A DNA stretch of 64,000 bases from assembly GCA_041946735.1 (NCBI GenBank), contig JBHGAY010000002.1, positions 64,001 through 128,000 of the forward strand, in the 5' to 3' direction. A model generated the notes under the pieces. It saw only the letters and a program-made list of their open reading frames with translations. It made no database searches and was not told where the DNA came from. The translations under genes were made by a program, and so were the position numbers. Shown here one piece after another: positions 38,106 to 48,243 of the stretch (position 1 is its first letter; every line of letters starts with the position of its first letter). Origin of the DNA: Candidatus Eiseniibacteriota bacterium (GTDB lineage: Bacteria; Eisenbacteria; RBG-16-71-46; CAIMUX01; VGJL01).

Positions 38106-39092
38106 TCAGGAGGACCTCATCTTCCTTGCCTCCTCGGTGAAGATCGGGAGGATCTCGAAGAGGTCGCCGACGATCCCGTAGTCGGCAGCCTTGAAGATCG
38201 GAGCGTCCGGATCCTTGTTGATCGCGACGATGCAGCCGGACGTCCGCATTCCGGCCAGGTGCTGGATCGCTCCGCTGATGCCGCAGGCGACGTAGAGCTT
38301 GGGCGCCACCGTCACTCCGGTCTGCCCCACCTGGTGCTGGTGATCGATCCAACCGGCGTCGACGACCGCGCGGCTCGCGCCGACCGCGCCGCCGAGCGCC
38401 TCGGCGAGATCGCGGACGAGCGCGAAGTTCTCGGGCGACTTCAAGCCACGGCCTCCGGAGACGATCACCTCCGCCTCGGTGAGATCGACCGCCTGCCCCT
38501 CGGAGGCGACGACGTCGACGACGCGCACGCGCGAGGCGAGCGGATCGGCGGGGGCGGGAATCGCGTTCGTCGCCCCGGCGCGACCCGGCTCGCTCGGCGC
38601 GGCGGTCACCGCGCCCGGCCGGACCGTCACGACGTAGGGCGGCTGCCCCTTCGTCTCCTGGTTCGCGAAGAGCTTGCCGCCGTAGACCGACTTGCGCGCG
38701 CGCACCCGGCCGTCGGCCGTCGCCGCCACCTCGATCGCTTCGGCGATCCAAGGGCGGCCGATGCGGGCCGCGAAGCGCGGGGCGAGGTCGCGTCCCATCG
38801 CGGTTGCGGGAAGGAGGACCAGCGAGGCGCCGGACGCTTCGAGCGCCGCCTTCAGCGCCGCCGGATAGCCGGTCGGGTGGTAGCGGCGGTAGCTGGGATC
38901 CTCGACGACATGGACCGTGTCGGCGCCGGCCGCGAAGAGATCGCCGGCGAGGCTGGCGACGCCGTCGCCGAGGAGCGCCGCATGCACCTTCCCGCCGCCG
39001 GCGAGCTGGCGGGCGAGAGTCAGGCACTCGAAAGCGCTCCTCTTGAAGGCTCCCTCGCGCTGCTCGGCGAAGACCAGGACGTCGAAACCCAT
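38106..39092 (-). CDS. etfA: Electron transfer flavoprotein alpha subunit
   Basis: [41 protein letters not shown]. Real start ATG 39092. Confidence 0.97.
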   Translation of the reverse strand: MGFDVLVFAEQREGAFKRSAFECLTLARQLAGGGKVHAALLGDGVASLAGDLFAAGADTVHVVEDPSYRRYHPTGYPAALKAALEASGASLVLLPATAMGRDLAPRFAARIGRPWIAEAIEVAATADGRVRARKSVYGGKLFANQETKGQPPYVVTVRPGAVTAAPSEPGRAGATNAIPAPADPLASRVRVVDVVASEGQAVDLTEAEVIVSGGRGLKSPENFALVRDLAEALGGAVGASRAVVDAGWIDHQHQVGQTGVTVAPKLYVACGISGAIQHLAGMRTSGCIVAINKDPDAPIFKAADYGIVGDLFEILPIFTEEARKMRSS

Positions 39093-39112
39093 CCGCTGCC
39101 TCCCTGCCTGCC

Positions 39113-39904
39113 CTACAGCAGCTTGCGCTCCTCGCGGAGCGCCTTGAGCACCGCGAGGACCGACTCGCGTGCGTCCCCCTGCAGCTTCTTCCCTTCGGCG
39201 CGCGGCGGAATCGGCTCGAGCGCGACGGTCTCGAGCTGCGCGCCCGACGGTCCCAGCGCGTCGGCTCCCTGGCCGAGAGAGGCGGGATCGACCGCCTCGA
39301 TCGGCTTCTTCTTCGCCTTCATGATGCCGGGCAGGGAGGGATAGCGAGGCTCGTTGAGCCCCTTGTTCGCGGTCAGCACGGCGGGAAGCTCGACCTCGAC
39401 GAGCTCCGCCGCGTTCTCGATCTCGCGGCGCGCGCGGAGGCGCTTCTCGTCGGTCCACACGATCTCGGTGACCGCCGAGACGTGGGGCATCCCCAGCTCT
39501 TCAGCGAGGGCGACGGCGACTCCGTGGTTCTCGACGTCGATCGAGACCTTGCCGGCGAGGACGAGATCGGCCTGGAGCGGCCGGATCACGCCGGCCAGGA
39601 TGCGGGCGGTCTGCAGGTCGTCGCCCCCGAGGAGCGAGTCGTCCTTGACGATCAGCGCCCGGTCGGCGCCGAGGGCGAGGCAGGTGCGCAGCGCCTCCTC
39701 CGCCTTGGCCGGACCAATCGAGAGGACGGTGATCGTCGATCCCGCGAAACGGTCCCGGATCCGCAGCGCCTCCTCGATCGCGTACTCGTCGTAGGGGTTG
39801 ACGACCATCTCCGCGCTGGCGCGGTCGATCGACTTGCCGTCCGGAGCGATCTGCACGCGGGCCTCCGAGCTGGGGACCTGCTTCACGCAGACCACGATGT
39901 TCAT
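39113..39904 (-). CDS. etfB: Electron transfer flavoprotein beta subunit
   Basis: VCVKQVP, NPYDEYAIEEA, ALGAD, NEPRYPSL..IMKAKKK. Confidence 0.97.
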   Translation of the reverse strand: MNIVVCVKQVPSSEARVQIAPDGKSIDRASAEMVVNPYDEYAIEEALRIRDRFAGSTITVLSIGPAKAEEALRTCLALGADRALIVKDDSLLGGDDLQTARILAGVIRPLQADLVLAGKVSIDVENHGVAVALAEELGMPHVSAVTEIVWTDEKRLRARREIENAAELVEVELPAVLTANKGLNEPRYPSLPGIMKAKKKPIEAVDPASLGQGADALGPSGAQLETVALEPIPPRAEGKKLQGDARESVLAVLKALREERKLL

Positions 39905-40125
39905 CGAGCCTCCCGGTCGCTACCCGGACCGAACCGATCCGGCTCCCAATGGATCTCCCTCCCCGGAACGACGAAAAACGCCTCCCGGTCCCCGAAGCCT
40001 GCTGGAAATCGGAACGGGGAATGGATCGAGTGGACGGTATCAGAGCATTTCACGGAGGGGCAAGACGAAATGGCCCGCCGGGAAGGGGGCGGCCGGACGC
40101 CCACGCGGGCCTGGAACAAGGGAAA

Positions 40126-41082
40126 CTACCGCCCTTCGGCCCCCTCCTGGAGGATCCGGACCAGCTCCCGGTCGGTCAGGCGGCGGAAGCTCGCCGGTTT
40201 GGGCAAGCGGAAACGCCCCGGATCGGTCCCCGGGTCGGGGCCGGCGGCGGTGAGCCTCGCGTCTACGCGGAGCGAGGGGCGCATCGCCTCGATCCGCAGC
40301 GACCGGGGCAGGTCGATCCCGTTCGTGGAGCGGAAGGCGGCTCTCTCGATCCGGATCGCGACGCCGCCGTCCCGGTCCGGGATCTCGATCGTGTCGATCC
40401 GCTCCCCCTGGCCGGTCAGGACGAGGCGCGGCGCGGGGGCCCCCGCGGCCCCGTCCTCCGCCATGGCCCCGGCCCCGGGGCCCGCCCCGGCCCCGGCCCC
40501 CGCCGGGCCCCAGGCTGCGGAGAGCTTCCAGGGGTCGCCGGCCTTCTCGAGCACCGGGTCGCGAAGTTGCGCGACCAGCGGGGAGGGGCAGAGCAGCCAG
40601 AGCAGAGCGGCCGAAGCGATCGAGACGTCCTCGCCCCCCGGGCTGCCGCCCGGGCTGCCACCCGCCCGGCCGCCGGCCGACCAGTACGCCTTCTTTTGCG
40701 GCAGGCTCACGAAGGCCGAATCTCCGCGCAGGACGATCGAAGCCAGCGGCACGAAGGCGCCGAAGCGCAACTGCAGCCGGGCCTGGTCCGGCCAGGCGGC
40801 GCGGAGCGCCCCGTCCAGGCGCACCGGGCTTCCCTCCGCCGGGACGATCCGCAGGTCGAGGTTGGCGGCGAGGTCCGCCGGACAGGGGCGCGCGGCCAGG
40901 ATCTCGGCGAGCCGCCGTCCCCCTTCCGCGCCCGTCTCGAGTTGCGGCAGGCGCGGCGCCCGCGCGGCGCAGCCCGCCAGGACCGCGGCCGTGGCGAAGA
41001 GGATCGCGAAGCGGATCGACGTCGACGACTTCGAGCGGATCGGCCTCCGCGACTGCAAGCGGATCGACGTCGACGACTTCAA
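40126..41082 (-). CDS. Putative lipoprotein (LolB/DUF4292-like)
   Basis: Lipobox VLAGC, DQARLQL..GDSAFVSLPQKKAYW, LPRSLRIE. TTG start overlaps the upstream TGA. Confidence 0.6.
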   Translation of the reverse strand: MKSSTSIRLQSRRPIRSKSSTSIRFAILFATAAVLAGCAARAPRLPQLETGAEGGRRLAEILAARPCPADLAANLDLRIVPAEGSPVRLDGALRAAWPDQARLQLRFGAFVPLASIVLRGDSAFVSLPQKKAYWSAGGRAGGSPGGSPGGEDVSIASAALLWLLCPSPLVAQLRDPVLEKAGDPWKLSAAWGPAGAGAGAGPGAGAMAEDGAAGAPAPRLVLTGQGERIDTIEIPDRDGGVAIRIERAAFRSTNGIDLPRSLRIEAMRPSLRVDARLTAAGPDPGTDPGRFRLPKPASFRRLTDRELVRILQEGAEGR

Positions 41083-41086
41083 GCGG
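41010..41086. repeat. 24-bp tandem repeat x3 in the lipoprotein N-terminus
   Basis: agcggatcgacgtcgacgacttcg / agcggatcggcctccgcgactgca / agcggatcgacgtcgacgacttca. Confidence 0.85.
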
Positions 41087-41468
41087 ACGGGAACTCCGAA
41101 GGGCTGCGGCCGATCGCCACGATCGAGCACGCCTCGATCGGGTTCATCCCGAGCGACTCGATCTTGGCGATCAGCTCGGGGCTTCCGGCTCCCGGGTTCA
41201 CGTAGACGTCCCGCACCCCCTTCGCCGGTGCCTGCTCGACGACCGAGAGGCCGTTCTTCGGCGGGACGTAGAGGCTCATCCAGGCGGCGCGACCGGGGAC
41301 ATCGGCCACGGTGGGCGAGCAGGGAAGCCCCTCGACCTCCCGGTCGATCGGATGGACCGGGTAGACGATCCAGCCCAGCTCCTTGTAGGCGCGGACCGCC
41401 TTGTTCGCGAAGCGGTCGCGCTTGTGCGACGCCCCGACGATGATGATGCTCCTCTCCTCCAGATCCAT
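41079..41468 (-). CDS. CoA-binding domain protein (YccU-like)
   Basis: IIIVGAS..RFANKAV, VYPVHP, VEGL, NPGA, ACS. GGAGG SD before ATG 41468. Confidence 0.9.
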   Translation of the reverse strand: MDLEERSIIIVGASHKRDRFANKAVRAYKELGWIVYPVHPIDREVEGLPCSPTVADVPGRAAWMSLYVPPKNGLSVVEQAPAKGVRDVYVNPGAGSPELIAKIESLGMNPIEACSIVAIGRSPSEFPSA

Positions 41469-41691
41469 CGCATCCTCCCGTGCGGCCGGCCGGGCCGCCG
41501 CCCCTTGCGCGTTCGCGCCGTGCTCGCCCACACTGGCGGTTCGCGCCGTGCTCGCCCGCGCTGCCCGCACATGGGCGCCGGGCGGTCCAAGCCGCGCAGG
41601 GCGGCGTCCCCACCTCGTCCGAGCCTAGACGAGACGGGAGGGTCTGTCACCTCGGGCGGATTCCGGCGGCGAAGGAGGAGAACCGGCAACG

Positions 41692-42381
41692 ATGCGGCTG
41701 CGCGACTGGCAAGCGGCGGCGACCCTCGAGGAGCTGCAAGCGCTCCTTCTCGACGGGCCCTCTCTCTTCCCGCCGGATCGTCCCGCGCTCGACGCTCCCT
41801 TCGATGCCGTGCCGTTCTGCTTCTTCGACGTCGAGACGACGGGACTCGACCCCGAGCGCGGCGACCGGATCGTCGAGATCGCGGCTGTTCGGATCGATCC
41901 CGGCGGCCGCGAGCGGCGCCACGTCGAGATCCTCGATCCGCGCCGCGACATCCCCGACGAGGTGCGCGCGATCCATGCGATCCGCCCCGAGCAGGTGCGG
42001 TCGTGCCGGCGCTTCGCCGCGGGGCGCGACGAGATCCTCTCGCTCTTCGACGGCGCCGTGGCGGTCGGACACAACGTCGGCTTCGATCTTCGCTTCCTGA
42101 GGTGGGAGCTGCGCCGCGCCGGCGCGGATCTCCCGCCGCTGCGGGTGCTCGACACGTGGTGCCTCGCGCGCCGCTGGTGCCACTTGCGCAGCTACTCGCT
42201 CGAATCGGTCGCGCGGCATCTGGAGATCTCCCCGCGCGATCTGCACAAGGCTCTGGACGACGTCCTGACGACGCGCGCGGTTCTCGAGCGGCTCGCGCCG
42301 CGCATCGAGCCGCCCGCCGCGCGGCTCGTCGATCTTCTGAATGCGATGCTGGCGCCGCTTCCCGAGAGCGTGAAGGAGTGA
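41692..42381 (+). CDS. DEDDh 3'-5' exonuclease (DNA Pol III epsilon-like)
   Basis: FFDVETTGL, IVEIAA, VGHNVGFDLRFL, LDT, HKALDD. Confidence 0.93.
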   Translation: MRLRDWQAAATLEELQALLLDGPSLFPPDRPALDAPFDAVPFCFFDVETTGLDPERGDRIVEIAAVRIDPGGRERRHVEILDPRRDIPDEVRAIHAIRPEQVRSCRRFAAGRDEILSLFDGAVAVGHNVGFDLRFLRWELRRAGADLPPLRVLDTWCLARRWCHLRSYSLESVARHLEISPRDLHKALDDVLTTRAVLERLAPRIEPPAARLVDLLNAMLAPLPESVKE

Positions 42382-42453
42382 CCCGGACGGGGAGGGGACG
42401 GAGTGATGGCGGTGGCGGAGTGACGGCGGTGAAGAAGTGACGAGGGGGAAGGA

Positions 42454-43608
42454 GTGACGGTGGATCCGCGGATCGGATGGACGAGCTGGGTCGAAGTGGA
42501 AGAGAAGGCGATCGTCGCGAATCTTGCGTCGTTCCGCCACCGCCTCGCGCCCGGCGCCGCGCTGATGGCGGTCGTGAAGAGCAACGGCTACGGCCACGGG
42601 ATGGAAGAGGTCGCGCGGATCGCGGCGGCTCACGGAGCCGACGCGTTCGGCGTGCACACGGTCGCCGAGGCGGAGAGGCTCGGGCGGCTCGGACTCGGCA
42701 AGCCGGTCATCATCCTCGGATACACGGCGCGGGCGGAGGCGGAGCGACTCGTCGCGAGCGGCGCGGAGGCCACCGTCTACAACGTCGAGACGCTCGAGGC
42801 GCTGTCGGCGGCCGCGAGCGCGCGCGGCGCGGTCGTCCGCTGCCACGTCAAGGTCGAGACGGGCGTGCAGCGCCAGGGGATCTTCCTCGAGGATCTCGAG
42901 CCGTTCCTCGCGCGCCTCGCCTCGCTGCCGGGGCTCGCGCTCGCCGGAGTCTCCACGCACTTCGCCAACATCGAGGACACGACCGACCACTCCTACGCGC
43001 GCCGCCAGCTCGCGATCTTCCGCGAAGCGGCTGAGCGCGTGCGTGCGCGCGCGCCCGAGGCGCTCCGTCACTGCGCCTGCTCGGCGGCGGTGCTGACGAT
43101 GCGCGAGACGCTCTTCGACATGGTGCGCGTCGGGATCGGCCTCTACGGCATCTGGCCGTCGCGCGAGACGCTGCTGTCGTGCCGGATGGCGGGAGAGGAC
43201 GAGATGCCGCTGCGCCCCGCCCTGTCGTGGAAGGCGCGGCTCGCCCAGGTGAAGCTCGTGCCGGGGGGGGCGTACGTCGGGTACGGCTGCACCCACCGCA
43301 CGACCCGGCCGACGCGGGTCGGCGTGATTCCGATCGGCTACGCGGACGGCTACGACCGCGGCCTTTCCGGGATCGCGCACGTGCTCGTGCGCGGCCGGCG
43401 CGCGCCGGTCCTCGGCCGCATCTGCATGAACCTCTTCATGGTCGACGTGACCGACATCGAGGGCGTCGGGCTCGAGGAGGAGGTGGTCCTGATCGGACGG
43501 CAGGACGGGGAGCAGGTGACCGCGGCCGACCTGGCCTCGCTGTGCAACACGATCGCCTACGAGATCGTGGCCCGCATCGGACCGCATCTGCCTCGGATCG
43601 TCGTGTAA
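42454..43608 (+). CDS. alr: Alanine racemase
   Basis: AVVKSNGYGHG (PLP Lys), HVKVETG, THFA, MVRVGIGLYG, VGYG, GYADG, GRICM, TIAYE. Confidence 0.97.
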   Translation: MTVDPRIGWTSWVEVEEKAIVANLASFRHRLAPGAALMAVVKSNGYGHGMEEVARIAAAHGADAFGVHTVAEAERLGRLGLGKPVIILGYTARAEAERLVASGAEATVYNVETLEALSAAASARGAVVRCHVKVETGVQRQGIFLEDLEPFLARLASLPGLALAGVSTHFANIEDTTDHSYARRQLAIFREAAERVRARAPEALRHCACSAAVLTMRETLFDMVRVGIGLYGIWPSRETLLSCRMAGEDEMPLRPALSWKARLAQVKLVPGGAYVGYGCTHRTTRPTRVGVIPIGYADGYDRGLSGIAHVLVRGRRAPVLGRICMNLFMVDVTDIEGVGLEEEVVLIGRQDGEQVTAADLASLCNTIAYEIVARIGPHLPRIVV

Positions 43609-43657
43609 CGACGCGTAGCGTCGCCGTTCCGGTCCGGTCGGCTCCCCCGCGCCGTCG

Positions 43658-43951
43658 AATGCGGCATCGAGCTTCCCGAACGGCGTTCGACCGGCGAGGC
43701 ACGTGGCATCGACCTTCCCGCTTCGCTTTCGACCGCGGTCGGATGCAACGCCCACGTTCCCCGGCCGCGTTCGACCGGCGCCGCACGTCGCATCGACGTT
43801 TCCGGTACGCTCTCGCCCGCGGTCGGATGCGGCGCCCACGTTCCCCGGCCGCATTCGACCGCAGGAGAACGTCGAGGCGACCTTTCGGATCTGCATTTTC
43901 CGGGCAGAAAACGTCGAGGCGAGCCTTGCCGGTCCGAAGCTCCGCCGGGAG
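43658..43951. repeat. Degenerate 42-nt-period tandem array (7 units, 84-nt higher-order pattern)
   Basis: Gap-free alignment of units starting at 43658, 43700, 43742, 43784, 43826, 43868 and 43910; units 2~4, 3~5 and 6~7 are most alike. Confidence 0.85.
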
Positions 43952-44155
43952 GAAGCGCGGGCGAGAGCCCGGACCGGCACGCTTCAGGCAGAAACTGCGG
44001 GACTGCCCGCGCCCCCTGCTGGTATCCTCATTTCGCCGAAATGAGAGAGGGACTCGGTCCGGCCGCGACCGTATCCCGGTCCTCGATCGGAGCGCGGAGA
44101 CCTGCTCCGCCTCCCGGCCGCTCAGGCCCCGCTCCCCGGCAGACGGAGGTCGCCT

Positions 44156-46798
44156 ATGTCTTGCGCGCGCCACGGTGCGATCGTCGCGTTCCCCGTCCTC
44201 GCCTTGCTGCTCCTCGTCTTCGCCGCTCTGGCCGATCCTCCCCCGATCTCGCAGGAAACAGGCCTCGACCACGGCTTCCGGTACTCCTACGACGCGACCA
44301 TGGCGATGGCGGCGTCGGCCGCCCTCAGCGACTCCTCCGTCCTCTTCTGCTGGAGCGAGGACTCCCACGTGATGGCGATCCCGTTCGGCAGGAGCGGGGA
44401 ATCGATTGGAGGCAACCGCACGGTCCTGTTCGAGGGATCCTATCCGGACCTCTCGTCGCCGGATGCGAGCGGCTGGAAGATCGCGGCGCGCGGCGGGGGC
44501 ACTCTCCACGTCCGCAACCTCGATCCCGCCTCGCTCGCGACGACGATCGACCGCACGATCGGGACGACGCCGGGCGCGGCGATCGAGAACCCGGAGATCG
44601 CGAAGATCGGCGACGCGCACGTCGTCGCCTGGCAGGAAGCGGCGGGCTCGACGTACGCGTTGCGTATGCAGCGCTTCGACTCGCTCCTCGAGCCTCTCGA
44701 TCCCGAGCCGATCGACCTCGGTCCGTGCAGCGAGCGGACCTGCGATCTCGCGTCGACGGACAGCGGCGGAATCCTGATCTACGTCGATGGTGCCGGGGAG
44801 GCGGCGGTTCGGCTCCTCGGAGCGGACGGCCTCCCAGCCGGCGATCCGCGCCCGCTCGACGCTACAGAGACGTACGATCCCGAAGTGGCGGCGTGCCCCT
44901 GCGGGGATGGATGGTTCGTCGCCTGGAGCCGCACGTCCGGGATCGGCGCCGCTTTCCTCGCGGCGGACGGCTCCCTCCTGGCTCCGGGGATCCTCGGCCT
45001 CTCTCCGTACCCGGACTACGGCATGTCCGCATCCGAGGATGCGGAAGGCGGCGTGCTCCTCGCGTATCGCGAGGACGGCTACGCCATCTGGGCGCAACGT
45101 CTGCGGGCGGGAGTGGGAGCGGTCGGAAACCCGCTCATCCTCTCCGGCGACGCGCCGTACCTGGCGTTCGGCTTTCCAATGGATCTCCGGGAAGTGGCGT
45201 GCGCGTGGACAGGCGAATGCTTCGCCGTCGCGTGGACCAGCTATCACGACCCGCCCGTCGGCGGCGATCGTCGCGAGGGCGGTGGCGCGCGGGATCGCAA
45301 CTGGTTCGGCGCCTTCCCGGTCTACTCCCAGTGGGTAGCGCCGGACGGCGGGTTGCTGTACGGCAATCCGTTCCCGATCAACGTGCTGAGCTCGCCGGCC
45401 GAGGCGACCGTCGTTCGTCACCGGGACACGTCCCTCGCGATCGTACGGGACGGGATGCGGGGCGAATGGCTGCACACGCTCGTCCTCGGCCCCGAGGGCG
45501 GCGTCATCGAGACCCCCGCGCGTTACCGCACCGCCGCGGAGCCGGACGACTGCGAGCTGTGGGATTGTGAAACGTGGAGTATCGATCAATTGGCCGCAGC
45601 TCGAGACGGGACGGGCGCGGCGGTCGGCTACCGGCTGCGCACTCACTTTTCGAACGAGTACTACGAGATGGACGCGGCCTATCTCGTGATCGATCGCCTT
45701 GCGGCGGACGGCTCGTTCCTCGATCGCGCTTCGAGCTCCCTCTACATCGGAAACAGCGAGCTTACGTCCTTCGCGATCGTCCCGATCAACGAGACGCGCA
45801 TCCTCGGGGCGTACACGGCCGACGATTGGGGCGGCCGCGCACCCGAGAGCGGCTACGTGCAGCTCCTCGACTGGAGCACCGGCGAGCCGATGGCGAGCTG
45901 GCGCCTTCATCGGGAGGACAACTTGACTCCGGTGACGGGAATCACCGCAGCGCCCCTTCCCGGCGGCACGCGGTTCCTGATCGCCTGGAACGAGGGCGGC
46001 GCGCTGCGCGCGGGCGTTCTCGACCTCGACGATCCTCCGGACGAGATCGTCGGCGCCGTCGTGCCTCCATCTGCGCCTCTCGCCGGCCGCCCGCGGCTGA
46101 TCGCCGGTGAGAGTCAGGTTCTCTGCGCGTATCCGGCCGAGCGGGCCGATGGGTCGGACATCGAGGCGGTACGCTTCGACGCGCAGGGCGAGCCGATCGA
46201 CGCGACGCCGATCGTCCTCTGCGGGATCGCCGGATCCCAAGGGAACGTGGACGGCACGTGGGACGGGGACCGCTGGCTCGTCACCTGGTCGACCACGGGC
46301 TACGGCGTCCCCCACGAGCTGCGTGGCAACCGCGTCGATCCGGCCGGGGTCGCTCTCGATGGCGACGGCTTCGCGATTGCGCCGGACATCCGGGTCCCCG
46401 CGAGCGTCTCCTCGGACGGCGGCGGCCTCGTTTCGCTCGTCCACAGCGCGCGGCGCTTCCTCTGGATCGACGATACGGAGGGATCGTCCGCCGTGGAGGA
46501 GCAGGCGACGGCTGCGCTCTCGCTCTCGGGCGTGCGCCTGGGCCCGAGCCCGACGACCGGGACGGTGCGCCTCGCCGCGCCGCTCGCCAGCGGCACGCGC
46601 GCGAAGGTCACGATCGTCGACGCGGGCGGGCGTGTCGTGGCGGTGCGCGCCCTCGACGGCTCGGGCGGCCTCGATGCACGCCTGCTCTGGGACGGCCGGC
46701 GTGACGACGGCACACGCGCTCCCGCCGGGCTGTACCTGGTCCGGATCGAGTCGCCGGAAGGCGCGGCGACGGCGCGGAAGATCTTGCTCGTCCGCTAA
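44156..46798 (+). CDS. Secreted beta-rich (propeller-like) protein with FlgD-Ig C-terminal domain
   Basis: Signal peptide; repeated VAW/VTW strands (WTGECFAVAW, WDGDRWLVTW); LWDGRRDDGTRAPAGLYLVRI..KILLVR; GGAGG SD. Confidence 0.8.
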   Translation: MSCARHGAIVAFPVLALLLLVFAALADPPPISQETGLDHGFRYSYDATMAMAASAALSDSSVLFCWSEDSHVMAIPFGRSGESIGGNRTVLFEGSYPDLSSPDASGWKIAARGGGTLHVRNLDPASLATTIDRTIGTTPGAAIENPEIAKIGDAHVVAWQEAAGSTYALRMQRFDSLLEPLDPEPIDLGPCSERTCDLASTDSGGILIYVDGAGEAAVRLLGADGLPAGDPRPLDATETYDPEVAACPCGDGWFVAWSRTSGIGAAFLAADGSLLAPGILGLSPYPDYGMSASEDAEGGVLLAYREDGYAIWAQRLRAGVGAVGNPLILSGDAPYLAFGFPMDLREVACAWTGECFAVAWTSYHDPPVGGDRREGGGARDRNWFGAFPVYSQWVAPDGGLLYGNPFPINVLSSPAEATVVRHRDTSLAIVRDGMRGEWLHTLVLGPEGGVIETPARYRTAAEPDDCELWDCETWSIDQLAAARDGTGAAVGYRLRTHFSNEYYEMDAAYLVIDRLAADGSFLDRASSSLYIGNSELTSFAIVPINETRILGAYTADDWGGRAPESGYVQLLDWSTGEPMASWRLHREDNLTPVTGITAAPLPGGTRFLIAWNEGGALRAGVLDLDDPPDEIVGAVVPPSAPLAGRPRLIAGESQVLCAYPAERADGSDIEAVRFDAQGEPIDATPIVLCGIAGSQGNVDGTWDGDRWLVTWSTTGYGVPHELRGNRVDPAGVALDGDGFAIAPDIRVPASVSSDGGGLVSLVHSARRFLWIDDTEGSSAVEEQATAALSLSGVRLGPSPTTGTVRLAAPLASGTRAKVTIVDAGGRVVAVRALDGSGGLDARLLWDGRRDDGTRAPAGLYLVRIESPEGAATARKILLVR

Positions 46799-46882
46799 CA
46801 GGACGATCCGCCTCGCCGCGCCGCTTGCGGCGGAGACGGCGGCGGTCGGCTCGCGTGGCCGGCCGCCGCCGTCTTGCTGCGA

Positions 46883-47317
46883 TCAGTGGATCGCGGAGCC
46901 GGGCGGCACCTCGCGAAGCGGCGTCAGGATCGAGACGGTGCCGGCGCCGCTCGCCGCGAGCAGCATCCCTTGCGACCACTCGCCGCGCAGCTTCGCCGGC
47001 TTCAGGTTCGCGACGACGACGATCGACTTCCCTTCCAGCTCCTCCGGCTGATACCAGGGCGCGATTCCCGCGACGATCTGACGCTCGCCGCCCCCCTCGG
47101 GCCCGAGGTCGATCGCGATCTTCAAAAGCTTCTCGGCGTTCGGGTGCCGCTCGACGCGCACGACCCGCGCCACGCGCAGGTCGAGCTTGCCGAACTCCTC
47201 GATGTCGATCTCGGGCTTGCCTTCCGCCGGGCGGGTCTCGCCGGCCCCCTGCGGAGCGCCGGTTCCCTGCGGAGCGCCGGTCGCGGGCGGACGGGCCTCC
47301 TCGTTCTCGCTGCTCAT
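46883..47317 (-). CDS. Stand-alone tRNA-binding OB-fold protein (MetG C-terminal/Trbp111/CsaA-like)
   Basis: IDIEEFGKLDLRVA, HPNAEKLL, RQIVAGI, VANLKPAKLRGEWSQGMLLAA. Confidence 0.92.
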   Translation of the reverse strand: MSSENEEARPPATGAPQGTGAPQGAGETRPAEGKPEIDIEEFGKLDLRVARVVRVERHPNAEKLLKIAIDLGPEGGGERQIVAGIAPWYQPEELEGKSIVVVANLKPAKLRGEWSQGMLLAASGAGTVSILTPLREVPPGSAIH

Positions 47318-48243
47318 GTTTCCTCCGGGGACTCCGTCCCCTCGCTCGCGATCCCCTTCTTCTCGCGCGCTCCCCGCTTCTCGGCCTCGAGGAGCGCCGT
47401 GTACTTCATCCCGGCGTAGAGGGCGTCCATGACGGCGACGACGAGCCCCGTCCTGCCGTCACGGAATCCTCCGCGGACCAGGTAGCCTTTCACGAAGCGC
47501 AGCGGCGGACGGAAGAGCAGATCGAGGGCCGTCGTTCTGCGGCCTTCCGCGCGCGCCTGTTCGGCCCACAGCCGCGACCACTCGCCGATCTTCTCGAAGT
47601 GATGCGCGACGTCGCGATAGCTCTCGTGCCAAAGGATGCCGCGCAGGCGCGCGGTCGGGCCGTCCACCCGCACCTGCTCGTGCACGGAACGGTCGTCGAT
47701 GCGGGCGCGCTCGCGATCGAAAAGACGCAGCACCGAGTCGCTTCCCCAGTTTCCGTGACGGATCTCCCGGCCAAGATACCGGCTCCGCCGCCGCATCCAG
47801 AACCCCGCCTTCCCGCGCGGCTCGGCGGTGGCGGCCGCGCAGGCGGCGGCGAGGTCCGGATCGATCCGTTCGTCGGCATCGAGCCAGAGGATCCAGCGGT
47901 GACGCGCGCGCGCGATCGCGAAGCGCTTGGAGCCGGCGAACCCTTCCCACGGACGGACGATCACCTCGGTCGCGAGCGGCCGCGCAAGCTCGGCGGTGCG
48001 GTCGCGCGTCGTCTCGTCGACGACGACGATGCGCTCCGCCGCCCAGGCCGCGGAGCGGAGGCAGGCCTCGATCCGGTCCTCCTCGTCCTTCGCGACGACG
48101 ACGACCGAGACCGGCGCGGGGCGCGCGGCGGAGGGATCGGGCGGCGCCGGCGTTGCCGGCGCCGTTGCCGGCGGCGCCGTTGCCGGTGCCGGCGGCCGCG
48201 GCCGCGGCCGCGGCGGCTCAGCGGCGTGCGCCACGGGGGCCAT
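47314..48243 (-). CDS. Glycosyltransferase family 2 (WaaE/KdtX-like)
   Basis: VSVVVVAKDEE, WILWLDADE, LRLF, VHE, GFRDGRTG. Confidence 0.92.
   Translation of the reverse strand: MAPVAHAAEPPRPRPRPPAPATAPPATAPATPAPPDPSAARPAPVSVVVVAKDEEDRIEACLRSAAWAAERIVVVDETTRDRTAELARPLATEVIVRPWEGFAGSKRFAIARARHRWILWLDADERIDPDLAAACAAATAEPRGKAGFWMRRRSRYLGREIRHGNWGSDSVLRLFDRERARIDDRSVHEQVRVDGPTARLRGILWHESYRDVAHHFEKIGEWSRLWAEQARAEGRRTTALDLLFRPPLRFVKGYLVRGGFRDGRTGLVVAVMDALYAGMKYTALLEAEKRGAREKKGIASEGTESPEET

Noticed and set aside
43658..43951. CRISPR array
   Set aside because: No invariant repeat alternating with unique spacers, whole units are homologous, and no cas genes are in the window
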